A DNA stretch of 64,000 bases, from NCBI GenBank assembly GCA_963805945.1, contig CAWDVP010000002.1, forward strand, positions 352,001 to 416,000, given 5' to 3'. This document shows, piece by piece, positions 63,764 through 64,000 of the stretch. This stretch comes from Vulcanimicrobiota bacterium (GTDB taxonomy: Bacteria; Vulcanimicrobiota; Vulcanimicrobiia; Eremiobacterales; Eremiobacteraceae). The stretch's first letter is position 1, and each line of letters starts with the position of its first letter. A program made the translations under genes and the position numbers. The notes beneath the pieces are model-generated. The model had not been told where the DNA came from. It was given only the letters and a program-made list of their open reading frames with translations, and made no database searches.

Positions 63764-64000
63764 TTGGGTCGCGAGAATTTCCACCGCATACTCGATGAGA
63801 CGCAACAGGACACGCTGCGGCTCGGCAGCCTCGTCGAAGAGGCCACGTCGAAGTCCGTCGATGCCCTGACCCGATCCGATGTCAAGCTGGCCGACGAGAT
63901 CCTCGAGGCCGACGACATCGTCGATGATCTGTGCGTCCGCATCGAGACCAACTGCCTCAACCTGCTCGCGCTGCAGCAGCCGATGGCGTCCGATCTGCGC
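63764..64000 (+). CDS. phoU: Phosphate signalling protein PhoU (partial)
   Basis: TTG start; RENFH..LGSLVEE..DDIVD..IE..LLALQQPMASDLR. Confidence 0.92.
   Translation, partial: MGRENFHRILDETQQDTLRLGSLVEEATSKSVDALTRSDVKLADEILEADDIVDDLCVRIETNCLNLLALQQPMASDLR

Overview
High-GC bacterial chromosomal segment, mostly housekeeping. It combines Firmicutes-like gene orders (hisS..aspS..6S RNA..rarA..iscS..alaS; LMW phosphatase-rpiB-glyA-dCMP deaminase-wecA/tagO-wecB-atp operon-murA-mreB; rsbV-rsbW-sigB) with LPS/ADP-heptose and LptA-like genes. This suggests a diderm Terrabacteria lineage such as Eremiobacterota/WPS-2 (inference). Many genes, including essential ones (glyA, atpE/F/G), carry single-base frameshifts that look like long-read consensus errors rather than pseudogenes. 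Highlights: (1) a BCP/PrxQ peroxiredoxin with in-frame UGA at the peroxidatic Cys followed by a SECIS-like hairpin (probable selenoprotein, missed by the ORF track); (2) a sigmaB-type partner-switching module plus two near-consensus GTTT-N14-GGGWAT promoters in front of general-stress genes; (3) a secreted protein made of four tandem LptA/OstA-like repeats; (4) a family of GTAG-type REP palindromes, including a REPIN and a copy inside a CDS; (5) a dgcA/dgcN-like, peptide-binding protein, C39 peptidase operon; (6) an unannotated 6S RNA with promoter and terminator. No CRISPR array, tRNA, rRNA, transposase or prophage was seen.
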